Shown here one piece after another: positions 28,328 to 43,926 of a stretch of DNA of 64,000 nucleotides. The position numbers were made by a program, and so were the translations under genes. The notes beneath the pieces are model-generated. The model worked only from the letters and a program-made list of their open reading frames with translations, was not told where the DNA came from and made no database searches. Position 1 is the first letter of the stretch, and each line of letters starts with the position of its first letter. This stretch comes from the human T2T-CHM13v2.0 reference genome, Homo sapiens, in NCBI RefSeq assembly GCF_009914755.1, contig NC_060935.1; one strand, written 5' to 3'.

Positions 28328-28608
28328 AGCAGAAGCAGTGGCTCACGCCTGTAATCCTAGCACTTTGCGGGGCTGAGGTCAGAACTTCAAGACTAGTTTG
28401 GGCAACATAGTGAGACCCTGTCTCTACAAAAATAATTTTTAAAAATTCTCTGGTTATGGTGGTGCATTGCCTGTAGTCCCAGCTATTTGAGCGGCTGAAG
28501 CTGAGGTGGAAGGATTGCTTGAGCCCAGGAGTTGGAGGCTGCAGTGAGCTATGATTGCACAACTGCATTCCAACCTGGGCAACACAGTGAGACCTTGTCT
28601 CAAAAAAG
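28328..28608 (+). mobile_element. AluJ-type
   Basis: J-type features (ggattgcttgagcccaggag, gctatgattgc); near-TSD GAGATAATGC/GAGATATGC. Confidence 0.88.
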
Positions 28609-29277
28609 AGAGATATGCTATGCAGCCCAGCAGGCAGGGAGACCCCCAAAACTACAGTACCTTTCCAGAGCATCCCAACACTGAAGAAATTTTTCCACTG
28701 AACAAAAGGAGAAATGGGGAATGTTGAAAATTACAGGCTTCCAGAAACGGAGAAAAGGCAAAATGCTAGTCAAAAGTGGGAAATGCAAGAATAAAAGGTA
28801 TGACAACAAAAAGATAAATAAACAGACTATCAGATCCTAAGGAAGACAATGTGCTAAGCCCAGGAGAAGACACAAAATGATCTATTCGGAGAAGAAATGG
28901 GGTACCTTTCTCCTCAAAGGCTCTACAGTTTAGAACCTCATAATCTGAATCCTTCCAAAGTTTATTCAGCAAACTAGAGGTCTGTATCCTATAAAACCAA
29001 TTAGTGCTGATAGGAATGATACGTTTAACCTTCATAGATGAGGGCTCAGACCTGTGGGTGCCTTTAATTACTGAATTAAGGCCAAAGGTAATTTTATAGG
29101 CAGAGCCTTCCTGAAAATGATTCAGCTGTGTCCATCTGGAGAGTTGTGTATTTTAAAGTTTTTCCATGTTTGAGATTAATGCTCTGACATGGGAGATTGC
29201 ATGTGACAGGGCAGTGCAAATCCTGATCTCTTTCTGCCCCAACCTTCAAACTCAAATTTAAAAAAAAAAAAAAAAAA

Positions 29278-29576
<299 letters not shown>

Positions 29577-30349
29577 GTTACAATGTTCAGGATTATGAAA
29601 TGCTATACAGTCAGTTAAAAAGGTATTTCTTTAGTAACAAATGACTTAATCTTTGTTCTGTTGACAAGAAAATTATAGCTGATTTTTTACTGACTCTGCA
29701 GAAGTCACAGGCTGTAAGAGGGTTTGGGTAGACCACAGTGTGACTCTTCTAACTAGTGATTGTCTTTTTTCCACCCCACCCCCTTCACTAGGTTCTTTGT
29801 TCTAGGGGTAACCATGTTATCTGAAGGCATATGGAATATCTCCAGTATGTTCAAACACTAGGTATTTATTGAGAGCCTTCCATGAGCCAAACATTGTGCA
29901 GACTCTGGGCATTTCTAATTACTAGGTTCAGAGTTAAGTTTTCTTTGTTATTAATTTTTTAAAAAATTTTTACCTCCTTGCAATGCATGAAACAATGCAG
30001 AGTGGTACTAGCCGTTTTCTAGTACTCATCAACACCCGCTCAAACCAAAATCGCTGGGCAGAAAGTCCCTTTCCCACCATCTAACAAAAAGAGAAAACTT
30101 CATGCTATATCCTCGAGAGTCTCTGAGCTCATCTATCTTCACTAGTAAAATAGTAATAAAAAATAAAAATAAATTTTAAAAATAACGCTACCAGATCGGA
30201 CTGGAGAACCAAACGATTGCAGTTCCCAAGTCTCTCTCAAAGCAAACAAAATTAAGCGGGAGGAATAAAAAAGTTCTTGATCAAAGTGTTGAGTCCCCAA
30301 GATAACCAAGAAAGTGTGGAGTTAGAAGTTCTCAGCAGATGAACTTTAA

Positions 30350-31140
<791 letters not shown>

Positions 31141-32887
31141 ACAGAGGGAGAGATCTAGCAAGTGGAGTTCTGTTTTACTTGCTATTCTTCCCCTTTAGTC
31201 TTTTTTCTCAGGTCCACTTGCCTCATAACCAACTTCTTGTTTTTTCCTCTGAAAAACTTCGCTAGCTAACATCAACTATTCCAGCTGTTTGAGAACTTAT
31301 CTTCCTTCCGTTTTCCAACTCTTCCTACTTTTTTATGTGCTTGATTTTGTTTGTTTCCTGGTAAATGCTGTTTGCCTGTTTGCATTCAGCAGAATTCAGT
31401 TTTTGTGCAAACCTGCAGTTTTGATGTATTAGCGTTGTGGGGGTTTTCCCTCTGGCACGCACACACATGGCGCTCTCAGAGATGATATTGCTCAACCCCT
31501 TTTATATTACAGAGGAAAAGCAAGAGGCCCAGAGAGAGGAAGCGGCTTGCCCAGGGTGAGAAGGGTGAGGAAGGAAGCTAGCCAATGGGAGAAGGCTGGT
31601 CTTATGAACCGTTCTAGTGTGCCAGTCTGATCGCCAAAAATTATTAGGTGGCACTATTTCCAGGTGCCTCCTTGCTCAGTTTAAGTATCACCCTTTTCCG
31701 TAAGAGCCTCCCGTTCTTTCCTGGCTTTTGTTGGTAATTGGGGCTCCTTTCTCCCACTGAGCCTACTAGGTGTCAGGCCCTGTGGACACAGTGATGAACA
31801 AGACAGACCTGATGTGTCCCCGTTTTCTTTGGGATATGAATTTTTGCCCCCTTTGCACTGGTCACAAATCAATATTCATATGTCCATTTTTTTTCCACCA
31901 TTCAAAGAGAGCAGGTCCAAATTATTCACTTATATCTCCCTAGATTCTGGTTTATTCAGAAAGTGTCCTTGAGTGTTAAAATAAGTGTACTTAATATTCT
32001 TATCTTGGTTGCCAAGCTTGAAAGCCAGTTTCAATGAGGCAAAAGGAGTTGTCCTTGAAAGTTCAGAGGTGAAAATACTCTTCAATGGGGGCACAAATTT
32101 CCAAAGCCTGGGGCGGGGTTGGTGGCGGGGGGTTGGGGAACACCTTGCTTTTAGGTTTTATATACCTTCTTAGAATTGAAAGCTGACATTGTATAATTAA
32201 GCTAACACACTATTTATTTAAAGATACCCTGACAGATTAAGCTTCCCTTCCTGAATCTCTAGGAAGGTGTGTTACTGATTGTTAAAACATTAAATTTGTA
32301 TTAGGTCATCAATATTGAAGAGCCAGTTTAGGTGGAAATTTCTTTGATGAATGTAATCAAAGCAACACACTTAATTGTAAAGAAAGTTTAAAACAGTCTT
32401 TATTCAATGATTGAATAATAGAAAAAGATCTTGTGGACCTCTTAGTCTAATGGATTCATTTTAAAATTGGGAAATGGAGATTCAGAGAGTTAAATCACTT
32501 GCTGAATGTCATATTGCCACTTAGTAAGATTTAAGAATGAACCTCAGGCACATTGATTTTCAGTTTAGTTTATTTCTACTAATCTAATAATTCCCATACT
32601 GTTCTCTCTCAAAAATAACTACTAACTCTCCATTCCACGCACACACAAAAAATTGATTCTCAAACTGATCAGACCCCAAATCCTTTACTTTCTGAAATGA
32701 AATTAATATATAAACTGCTTACACACTTAATAAAAAGAAATGTAATGCCAAATGTAATATAAAGAAGAAATCAGATATTTTAAATATATTTCTAGTATAA
32801 TAAGTTATATCCCATCATGTAAAATGTTCAAGTATGACTGTGTTGGAAAACATAATGAGGCACTCAGATACTTGCTCTTCACACTTC

Positions 32888-33611
32888 TGTAACCACCCAA
32901 TGGATTCACCTGGCCTGCTGCCTAGACAGAGCCAATTTATCAAGACAGGGGAATTGCAATGGAGGAAGAGTAATTCATACAGAGCCGGCTGTGGGGGAGA
33001 CGGGAGTTTTATTATCACTCAAATCAGTCTCCCCGAGCATTCAGGGATCAGAGTTTTCAAAGATAATTTGGTGGGTAGGGGCTTGGGAAGTGGGGAGTGC
33101 TGATTGGTTAGGTTGGAGATGGAATCATAGGGGGTCTAAGTGAGTTTTTCTTGCTATCTTCTGTTCCTGGGTGGGATGGCAGATATGGTTGAGCCAGATT
33201 GCTGGTCTCAGTGGTGTCAGCTGATCTATGGAGTGCAGGGTCTGTAAAATATCTCAAGCACTGATCTTAGATTTTACAATAGAGATGTTATCCCCAGAAG
33301 CAACTTGGAGGGTGGGAGGGTGCAGACTCTTGGAGCCAGAGGCCACATGACCCCTAAACTGTAATTTCTAATCTTGTAGCTAATTTGTTAGTCCTGCGAA
33401 GGCAGACTGGTCCCCAGGCAAGAAGGGAGTCTTTTTGGGAAAGGGCTATTATCAATTTTGTTTCAGAGTCAAACCATGAACTGAATTACTTCCCAAAGTT
33501 TGTTCCACCTATGCCCAGGAATGAAAAAGGACAGCTTAAAGATTAGAAGCAAGATGGAGTCGATTAGGTCTGATTTCTTTCACAGTTGTAATTTTTGCAA
33601 AGGTGGTTTCA
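32888..33611 (-). mobile_element. LTR8-like solo ERV1 LTR
   Basis: Reverse complement starts TGAAACCACCTTTGCAAAAATTA; TG...CA ends; 4-bp TSD CTTC at 32884-32887 and 33612-33615. Confidence 0.85.
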
Positions 33612-33940
33612 CTTCTATGTAAAATTGTAGAATCGTGGTAAATGTGATAGGAACTTTTTTCTGAGAGCACAAATGATTTCTGATGAGTTATAACTCAAAT
33701 ACCTTATCAATTAATCACTCAAACACCATACCAAAGTTGTCGATGTTGGACAATTCTTGGTCAAATTCCCAGGAGAACAAAGTAGAATTTTCTGTTGAAG
33801 GTTTATCAAGAGGTTGCATTCCCAAAAATTCAGTATATGTTAAAATTATATAAAACAAAAGTGAGCTTATGTGCAAAACATGGTCTGTCAGTAGGCTCCC
33901 ATCATTAAAAGCAGGTTTACAGAGAGGCAGCATTACTTGG

Positions 33941-36465
33941 CAGTGGTTCTCAAAGTGTAGCCTAGGACCAGGGACATCAGCATCTGTCTTAGTCTGTTTT
34001 CTGTTGCTAGAACTGTACCTGAGACTCGGTAATTTAAAACAAAGAAAATTATTTTTTATAGTTCTAGAGACAGGTAAGTCCAAGGTCAAGAGGCCCCATC
34101 GAAGGGGGCCCTTCTTGCTGGTTGAGACTCTTTGCAGAATCCCAAGGTAGTACAGGGTATCACGTGGCAAAGGGGGTCATGAGAGATGGCCAAACTAGTG
34201 CTTATTACAGACCCACCCTCATGATAACTAATCCTTGATAATTCCATAATCCATTAATCTATTAACCCATGATAGATTCATCCATTCATGAGGGCACTGC
34301 CAATCACTTCTCAAAGGTCCCACCTCTCGACACATGACTTTTGGGGGACAACCTATGTTCAAACCACAGCATTCTGTCCCTGACCCCCAGAATTCATGGC
34401 CTTCTCACAATTCAAAATACAGTCATTCCATCCTAGTAGTCCCAAAAGACTGAATTTGTTCCAGCACCAACTCAAAAGTCTAAAGTGTCATCTGGGAGTT
34501 TGTGAAATCAAAACAAGTTATCTACTTCCTAGATACAATGGTGGGACAGGTATAAGGTATACACTCCCTTTCCAAAAGAGACAAACAGGCCAGAAGAAAG
34601 AAGTAACAGGCCCAAGCAAGTCAAAAACTCAGCAGAGAAGACTTAAATTTTAAGGCTGGAGAATAATCTTTCTTGATTCCATGTACAGCATCTTGTGCAC
34701 ATTGGGGGATGGGGTATTTCAGGAGGCCTCAAGGCACCCTGGTGCCCTCAGCTTTCCCAGGCAGGTATTGCATGCTGCTGGTGGCTCTACTGTTCTGGGG
34801 TCCTGGTGGCAGTCTGGCTCTTACAGCTGCATTAGGCATTGCCCTTAGGGGGGCTCTATGCAACAACCCCAGTTCCACTGTTCCACTTCGTATTGCCCTA
34901 GTGGAAGCTCTCTGCAGTAGCTCTACCCTCAGACAGTCCAACACATTCTTCAAAATCTAGGTGGAGGCTGCCAGGCCTCCACAGCTCTTGCATTCTATGC
35001 ACCTGCAGAATTAGTACCACATGGATACTGCCATGGTTTACCACTTGTACATCCTAGAGCTGCAGGTTAATCTGCACCTGTGGCTGCTTGAACCACAGCT
35101 GGGGGCGCTGAGGAGCAGTGTGCTGGAACGCAGGGAGTAGAGACCCAAAGCAGCCCTGGGCAGCAGTCCATCCCCGGAATTATTCTGCCCTCTTAGAGCT
35201 CAGGGCCTATGAGGAAGGGGCAGCCTCAAAGATCCCAGAAATGCCTCTGGGGTTTTTAATTTCATTGTCATGGATAGCCTTTCCATGGTGACCTCTTTAG
35301 CAATCTCTTGACCATACCCAAACACCCCTTTCACTGTTAAGGTGGCCAGGCTTCAAATTTTCTAATTTTTTTCTATTCTGTTTTTTCTTATATCTTACTA
35401 TAAGTAGTTAAAAGAAGCCATTTAGTAGCCTAAATACTTTGCTGCTTAGATATTCCTTCCACCAGATATCCTAGTTTATCACTGTTAAGTTCTGCATTTC
35501 ATAAAGTCCTAGGACATGGACAGAATTTAGCCAAGGTCTTAGCCAGTTTATAGCAGCGATGGCCTTTACTCCAGTTTCCAATACCTTGTTCCTCATTTCC
35601 ATCTGGGACCTCATCGGAATGGTCTTTTCTATTCATATTTCTATCAGCATTCTGATCATGACCACTTAAATGATCTCTAAGGAGTTTCAGACTTTCTCTA
35701 GCTTTTTGTTTTACTAAACCCTCACCAGAATCAGCCTTAATGCTCCATTCACAGTGATACAAGCTTTTTCTAGCGTGCTCATCCAAATTCTTCCAGACTG
35801 TTCATTACCCAGTTTCAAAGCCATGTTTATATTTTCAGGTATTCACTATTAGCAACAGCCCTACTCCTTTGTACCAATTTTCTGTGTTAGTTGATTTTCT
35901 GTTGTTATAACTGAATAACTAAGACTGGGTAATTATAAAGAAAAGACTTTTACTTCTTACAGTTCTGGAGGCTAGGAAGTTCATGGTCAGGGGGCCACAA
36001 CTGTTGAGGGTCTCCTTGCTGGTGGCGACTCTCCAGAGTCTAGAGGTGGTGCAAGCCATCACACGGTGAGGAAGCTCACGAGAAATGGAGAAACTGGCTT
36101 TTATAACACATTCACTTTCATGATAACTAACTCACTTCCTTCATAGCCCATAATCCATTAATCTATGATTGGATTAATCCATTAATGAAGGCAGAGCTCT
36201 TATGACCCAATCACCTCTGAAAGGCCCCACCTCTCAACACTGTTGCATTAGTAACCAAATTTCTAACACATGAATTTGACACATAAATTTTAGTGGACAG
36301 CTATATTCAAACCACAGTAGCATGCCCTTGGAATTTGTTAGAAATTCAAATTCCTGAGTCCCATATCTACCAAATAAGAAAATGTCTGGGTAAATCCCAG
36401 CAATTTGTGTTTTAACAATTACCTTTGAGAGGTTCCTGATATAAACTAAAATTTGAGAATCACTG
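33941..36465. mobile_element. MER5A split by the MaLR provirus (33941-33984 and 36320-36465)
   Basis: cagtggttctcaaagtg...catcagcatc resumes as cccttggaatttgttagaaat...tttgagaatcactg. Confidence 0.75.
33985..36319 (-). mobile_element. Full-length MaLR (MST-like) provirus: LTR 33985-34371, internal 34372-35882, LTR 35883-36319
   Basis: Two homologous LTRs (tgtcttagtctgttttctgttgc / tgtgttagttgattttctgttgt ... aaaccacag.a); 5-bp TSD GCATC/GCATG; typical gtaccaattttc LTR junction. Confidence 0.85.
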
Positions 36466-37194
36466 GCTTACATATTAATGGCAAGGACTCCAGCCAGACT
36501 ATCTCTATTTGAAGTCTGGTTCTGACACTCAGCAGCTGTTTAATTTTGAGAAAGTTATTTTACTTCTTTTTGTGCCTTGGTTTTCTCACCTGTAAAATGT
36601 TTGGAATTATATTCCCAATGACTACTACCTCACCTGGCTTCGAGAAGACTAAATAAGATAATACAGATCTCTGTGGAGATCTGACTACATACATGTATTA
36701 CTGTGTGTATTTCTATTGGAAAATTTTCCTTATTAATTAGACAGTAGATTCCAAATCCAGTTCAATGTAATCCTAGCAATCTGAATAACTCCTAGCACAA
36801 AATAAATGTTCAAATATTTGTTGAGTAAATGAACATTATGATTGATGTAAATTTGTCTATAATTCATAATATTTGGCAAAGAGCAGTATGATTTCTATGT
36901 TCTCTGCCTCATGAATAAATTGGAAAAACTATGCTAGAATACATATCAAAACTAAGAAAGATCTTAGAGGAAGAATTTGATATATTAATATTATACTGTG
37001 TTGTTTGCTATTGTATATACCTCTGTAATTAGTAGTAATGATAATGATCATAATAATTTTATTTACCACTTTACATTTTACCAAAATAACAAACATATAT
37101 TAATGTTATCCCATTTAATCATCTCACAATTGTATGAAGAAAGTATTACCTGATTTCTATTTTATCTCTGATCAAACTGAGGCTCAAATAATCT

Positions 37195-37580
37195 ATTAGA
37201 GAGCAATGCCTGTGAAAGAAAAAAGAGGGAAGGAACAGGAATAAGAAGAGAAACTCTCAGATGACAAGGTAGTTCTCTGACACCTGCTAAAGAAGGAAGG
37301 AAAGGGGACTGGGGCAAAAAAGACTTAGAGATACACCTCTGAGATAGCCTCGGCCAGCCTAGCAGGGAACTCTGGTGCAAAGACTGCCCATAAGGGAGCT
37401 TGGCTTAAGCCCAAATGGTCAGGCTTGATACCTGTGCTGCACTTAGCAGTTGGCCTTGATTGAAAAGCTGAGGTGAATCCTGAAGTCGTGATGGCTGGAA
37501 GCTGTCAGCAAAGGACACCCCTATGACAGGTGCTCTCTGGAAGAGAAATGGGAGCAGAGCGCCATCATGGCAGCCACAGT
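37195..37580. mobile_element. Old ERVL LTR (LTR16-like)
   Basis: Degenerate resemblance only (ctgacacctg..aaagaagg; ggaactctggtgcaaagactgccc). Confidence 0.45.
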
Positions 37581-38067
37581 GGGGAAACTTCTGTTTGAAA
37601 TTATGGGTTGATTTAAACCATAAAAAGGAGGCTGGACCGTTTGTTCAGGCCTTATGATGTCCTGGGTACTGTACTCTGTTTCTGTCCTCCTGATCTTCTA
37701 GGCAGATGTCAAAACTCTCTCTCCTATGACCCCATGCTCCTGCATTCATAATTCATTATAATTATCTGAGTGAATGACTGTCTTTTCCATAAGGCTCCAT
37801 GCTCCTTGACAGCAGGAATATATTATTTTCATACATCAAGGTTCATCACAGAACCTGGTCAATGTTTATTCATTTATTCACTCAATAAAATGTGTAAAAG
37901 AAAGGAAAAAAGATATGAAGCTAAGCAGGAAGGAAGGCAGAAGGAGAGAATAATGAAATTTCTGTGCAAGAAAACTCAGCTAATTAGGCCTTACTATTAT
38001 GGTGGATGAAAAGAAATAACAGGTTTGCTTTGGTAATGCTGCCCAGCTTGGTTGATTGCACAATACC

Positions 38068-38515
38068 AATGTTTCTCAAAGTTTTGCTCTCAGGACTCCT
38101 TTGCATTCTTAAACGATATACAGAACCCAAAGAGCTTTTGCTTATATGGTCAATATCTGATAACATTTACCCTATTCGAAATGAAATGTAAAAAAATAGA
38201 ATATTGACTTATTCATTTAACAATAAAAAATGAAAGTAACACTCTTGAAGATATAGCTGTAGTTCCAAAACAAACAAACAAAAATTAATGGGAAAAGCAA
38301 CATTATCTTATAGATTTGCAAAATCTTTAATATCTGGCTTAATGAAAGAGTGCTATCTTATCTACTTCTGCATTCCACCTATTGAAATATATTGCTTTAG
38401 TTGAAGAATATGAAAAAACCAGCATTATACAGATATATAATTGAAAATGAGGAACGTAGAGAACTCCTGCAAGGATCCCCATAGGTCCTTGGAGCACACT
38501 CTGAAAACCTCTTCA
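38068..38515. mobile_element. hAT-Charlie fragment
   Basis: caatgtttctcaaa start and cacactctgaaaacc end; Charlie-like internal sequence. Confidence 0.5.
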
Positions 38516-40534
38516 CTGTAATAATTTTCCACTGTGAGATCTCTCACTGACAGCTATCTCAAAAATATGTGCCCTTTGTCATAAGGCAAAGAGAGATGGG
38601 CAGAGAATGTGGTTGGATGACTACGACACAACTGCAAGAATGGAGAAACCACAGAAAGCATAGCCCTTACAAATTGTGGCTCACTAGTGTTACTTTTGTA
38701 TATCAGGCATCTGAATATTCTAGGTTTATTCAGTTAAGATATGTAAAAAATAATAGGGGAACATTTTTTAATGTGATGGAATAAGAGTTTATAACATTAG
38801 AAAAATAATCATTATGCTTTGTATTTGAATAGCTTATTATCAGCTGCATAGTACATTCACATTTTATGTCAACCTGAGAGTCATCTTCCAGATATTATTA
38901 CTCCCATTTTACAAATAAGGAAACTGAGGCTCAGAAGCGATAAATGACTTTTTAATAAAAATACAACTGGTGAATACAAAGCTGATAATCAACAAGACTT
39001 CTGGCTTTAAGTCCAATTGTTAGAGTGGAGTTAAGAGAATGAGATTTTGTCTAATCATTGATGCAGACAAATATGAAATCAAGAAAAACAAAGATTTTAC
39101 AAATGAACTATCCACATGATGCATGTTGAGTCACCTGTGGAACTGTGAATTACTGAGATAGTCTCTACTGTGTGATCCCATTCTCACTTCACTATTTCTG
39201 TTAAATAAACCAAGTTTTTGAAATGAAAATTTTCAGAAGCCTTATTGTTTGCTAATAGATGAGGAGTATCCCATAGACCACACCAGTAAGAGCAACGCTG
39301 AAGAGACAAGGACAAACTTCATGAATGTGTCCACTTTGATCTGTTTCCACCAATACCACTCTGGTCCAATATGCCATAATTTCTTGCTGGACTATAGCAA
39401 TTACTTTCTAATTTCATTTTCTTTTCATTGAATTCAATGCACAAGCCAGGAACCTAAGCGCCTTCCTTGGCTCTTCCCTCTCCTGTCTCCCACCCCGTAT
39501 CTGATCAGTGAGTCCGACTGAGTCTACCGTCACCACTTTGCTTTTTTTAATTTAAATGTGAATCATTAATTCCCTTGCTTAATACTCCTCAGTAGGCTAC
39601 CTTTTTATCATGTTTGAATAAAATCCCACAAGACCCTGCATCATTGGCCCCATCTATCCCTTTGATCCTCTAGTTGTTCACTCTCCCAGGAACCTGCTTT
39701 CTCTTTGATCCTCAAACCCTCTAGACTTCCCTCTTCATTACCTTTTCACTTTGCTATTTTTCTCTGCCTGAAATAATTCACATCATTTTTCAAAAAACTG
39801 CTCATTCTCACTGTTTGTGAAATTCTCACTGATAAATATTTTACCTTCTCAGAAAGGCCTCCACTAACCATAATATCTATGGTGGCCTTTTCCAGCTATT
39901 CACTTTTATCACTGTCAACTGAAAAATGAGAAAGTTAATACAGAAAAGAGAGCTTTGTTTCTTATAAAGGGTTGCAGCCTGCAGGGTGGCCATTCTGACA
40001 GGCCACGAAGTGTAGCCTCTGGCCAGAAGCCAGAAACAGATATTTTGAGAGTGAAAAGAATAAGACAGGGATTTATACTGAATGAGGTGGACAAATATAC
40101 ATATTCAATAAGCTATAGGAGGAGTCATGAATATTCATGAAAGGAGAAATACGTGCATGTGCAATTTTGCTCCATGCCTCTCTGTGGGACCCATGTGCAA
40201 AAAATGGGGCATTATCACCATCTGAGGGTGGAGTTTTTGGCCTTCTCATATCAAAAGGTGAAGCAGAGGACACAAAAACCCTCACTACTCATCTTCCTGT
40301 AGACTTCCAGAACCACTCCATGGTCGGTGGTCTCTCATCAGGAAGGAATGCTGGTTGGCTGTCTTGTTGAAACAGCAAAACGAAGGGGCAGCATCAGGCA
40401 TTGGTTGATACTACTGATGGAGCAAGTATTTCCAAAGGGCTGGTTTCTGTTTAACTCAGGGTTATCCAATCTTTTGGCTTCACTGGGCCACATTGGGAGA
40501 AGAATTGTCTTTGGCTATGCATGAAATACACTAA

Positions 40535-40771
<237 letters not shown>

Positions 40772-40800
40772 GAAATACACTAACACTAACAACGGCTGAT

Positions 40801-40801
40801 G

Positions 40802-40851
<50 letters not shown>

Positions 40852-40885
40852 GGAAGGAAAGAAAGAAAAAGAAAGAGAGAGAAAG
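40801..40885. repeat. (GAAA)n microsatellite
   Basis: ~12 GAAA units followed by a degenerate GA-rich tract. Confidence 0.93.
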
Positions 40886-41490
40886 ACACACACAAAACTT
40901 AAATCTCATAATGTTTTAAGAAAGTTTACAAATTTGTGTTGGGCCGTATTCAAAGCCGTCCTGTGCTGCATGTGGCCCATGGGCTGTGAGTTGGACAAGC
41001 TTGCTTTAACCCTTAGGAAAGAAAGTTTAATGGTGGTTAGGAAGCAAGGGGGCTTAACGAGGCATGTCCAACTTCCCATCCCACTGTGGCTGGTAACTCA
41101 GTTTTCAAGGTTTCTCTGGGATACCCTTGGCCAAGAAAGGGTCCATTCAGTCTGTTGAGGAGCTTAAGTTCATTTTTATTTTTCATCACGCTATTTATTT
41201 CCAGGTAACACTTAAAATTGCCTGTAATTGTTGGAATTTCTTGTGTATTATGTATCTGCTTCACTGGAATATAAACTCTACGCAGCTTGAGCCTTGTCTG
41301 TCTTATTCACTGTTATATCCCTAGCACATAATAGGTGCTCAATAATATTTATTTAATGTTGATGGAAACTACTTACTCTCCAGGTTTAACTTTAACAACA
41401 ACAACAACAAAAGAGTCAGGTTTATTGGGAGCAAATTTTTCTTTGCCAAGCGTTTGTGTCAATAGATGATTATAAATTTTATATTTCTTC

Positions 41491-41780
41491 TTTTTTTTTT
41501 TTTTGAAACAGTCTCGCTCTATCACCCAGGCTGGAGTGCAGTAGTGTGATCTCAGTTGTAGCGTCTGCCTCCCGGATTCAAGCCATTCTCCTGCCTCAGC
41601 CTCCTGGGTAGCTGGAACTACAGGCGCCCACCACCATGCCTGGCTAATTTTTGTATTTTTAGTAGAGATGGGGTTTTGCCGTGTTGACCAGGCTGGTCTC
41701 AAACTCCTGACCTCAAGTGATCCACCCACCTCGGCCACCCAAAGTGCTGGGATTACAGGCGTGAGGCACTGTGCCGAGCC
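41491..41780 (-). mobile_element. AluS-type
   Basis: Full dimer; TSD TTATATTTCTT. Confidence 0.93.
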
Positions 41781-42374
41781 AAGTTATATTTCTTACCTCA
41801 TACTGTTCACCTTTGGAGATATTCATCTAGCACAAGGACTTCATTTTCAGAGATATTTATCCAGCACAAGGGATCTGGTGAGCCCTAGTAGCATCAGGGA
41901 TGTTACATCAACATGCTAGTGTGGATTAGTTTGGAAGCTGTGAAAGTTGACCCTGGATGACTTTACATATATTTAGCTTGCTAACTTCAATTCAAGTTAT
42001 AAACATGTGTTGGGCAATAGGATGTTAAACCCTACGTCAAAGGGTTTATCTTCACAGTTTTGCAGTGTGACTTGACTCCTCTTCTCCTTATAGGCTATTG
42101 CTTAGAGGGAAACATGAAGTCAAACAAAGCAAATTTTAAACAAGCAAAACTGTAGAGAGTCTTGGCATGAAGAGAGCAAAGCCAGGCCAGCAGCTGGTCT
42201 AAGGATGGCAGGTTTAAAGGTCAAAACTATCAGTTTCTCCCAGTTGAGAGATTTCATTTCTTTTCCAAGAATCAGATAACTTACCCAAGTAATGACAGGC
42301 GGATATTTAAAATATTGTATTTGCATAATCAGTTGCAGAAATCAGGCTCATTAATACATGACTTTTCCACTTTA

Positions 42375-42528
42375 TTTTTTATTTTTATTAGAGACAGTCT
42401 CATTCTGTTGCCTAGGTTGGAGTGCAGTGGCATAGTCCACTGCAGCCTCCAGCTCTTGGCCTCAAGCAACCCTCCCACCTCAGCCTCTCAAAACACAGGG
42501 ATTATAAGTGTAAACTATTGCAACTGGC
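42375..42528 (-). mobile_element. Monomer-length old Alu
   Basis: Short reverse-complement Alu monomer. Confidence 0.75.
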
Positions 42529-43926
42529 TTCTCCTTTCACTTTAAACACAACGCCCTTCAGATGGATAGCTAGCTAGCTAGCTAGATATAAAAATAGGAA
42601 GAATGTGAATAAATAACTTTGCTGCAGATACTAAAGACTAAGGTAACAGAACTCTGAAGAATAAAAGACCTCATTTTCATTGGTGCCTACTCCTTTCTTG
42701 TCTTTGTTTCTTCTACTTAATTATATTTATATTTATATTGTATGATGGAGACATAAAATTCTCTAAATTTTACTTAACATTACACCAAGTGCATTTTGCC
42801 ATTGTGCTGTAATTGTCATTGTTCTTTTCCTTAACTTTCCTTTCCCCCCTTTTTCTTGCCATACACACCCTGACAAGCAAGGTAACGTATGTTCACTCCC
42901 TGGTGTGTATCCTTCCCTCTTTTATTAAACTCACCTAGCCATTTACAAATATGCGTGAGAAGTAGGGGACATATTACTTAAGGGCACAGATTCTGGAACC
43001 AGAATGCATGGTTTGAATCTTGGCACTGACCCTACCTGTGTGACTTTAGGAAACTTACTTATCTTCTGTGACTTGGTTTCCCCATCTGTAAAACCAAGAT
43101 AATAAGAGTACTTATCTCATAGGGTTATAATGAAGTTTTAAATAAATTATTATGTGAAATGCTTAGAACAATAGTGTCATAGAATAAGCACTGTAAAGGC
43201 GCTATTATTATTATTTTGATGCATCTATGTATGGATTTTTGTGGCTTTTTATTTTCATGAAAAGGGAACATACTATATACATTTCTCCTCAACCAAATTT
43301 TCTTTCTTTCATTAATTCTCCTTAACCTGATTTCATTCTTAAAATTCTTCCATTCTTAAAAATACATTAGAGATATCTCTTGACATCAAGAAATTGAATT
43401 CATTTATAGAAAATAGCTGAATGGGATTTAAGGTCTGTAACACATCTATTTAACGGTTTTCTTATCAATGGACATTTGGATTATTTCCAGGTATTTCAGC
43501 ATTATCATTTTTTTGCCAATGCAAACAATGTTGCAATTAAAATTTTTGAACATATATCCTTCCTACAGATACTTTTGTTTCTATAGGAATGTGATGGGAA
43601 CTAATTGCTAGATCAATGGACATTGCTAGATTAAATGTCCAGAACAGACTTAGCTAATCACATTTCCACCAGGAATGTCAGTCCTTTCACGTCCCACCTG
43701 GCCCTTTCCTCAAACACTTCCATTCTCTTCTGAGTTGCTTTAAACATTTTTTTAATTTAAATATTTCGAATTGTTGAAATATTTCAAATAATTGTTTTTT
43801 AATTTTAATATTGTCTCTCTGAAACACCTAAAACCTAGTTTTCTATATGGTGTGATATATAAGTTAAGTTGTCTTTTCATCTAGTCAGTGGTACCAGAAC
43901 CATTTAATAAATAAATATTATTTTCC

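Noticed and set aside
28176-28673. 165-aa minus-strand ORF and other Alu-derived ORFs (PRLECSG..., [14 protein letters not shown]...)
   Set aside because: Translations of Alu sequence, not genes.
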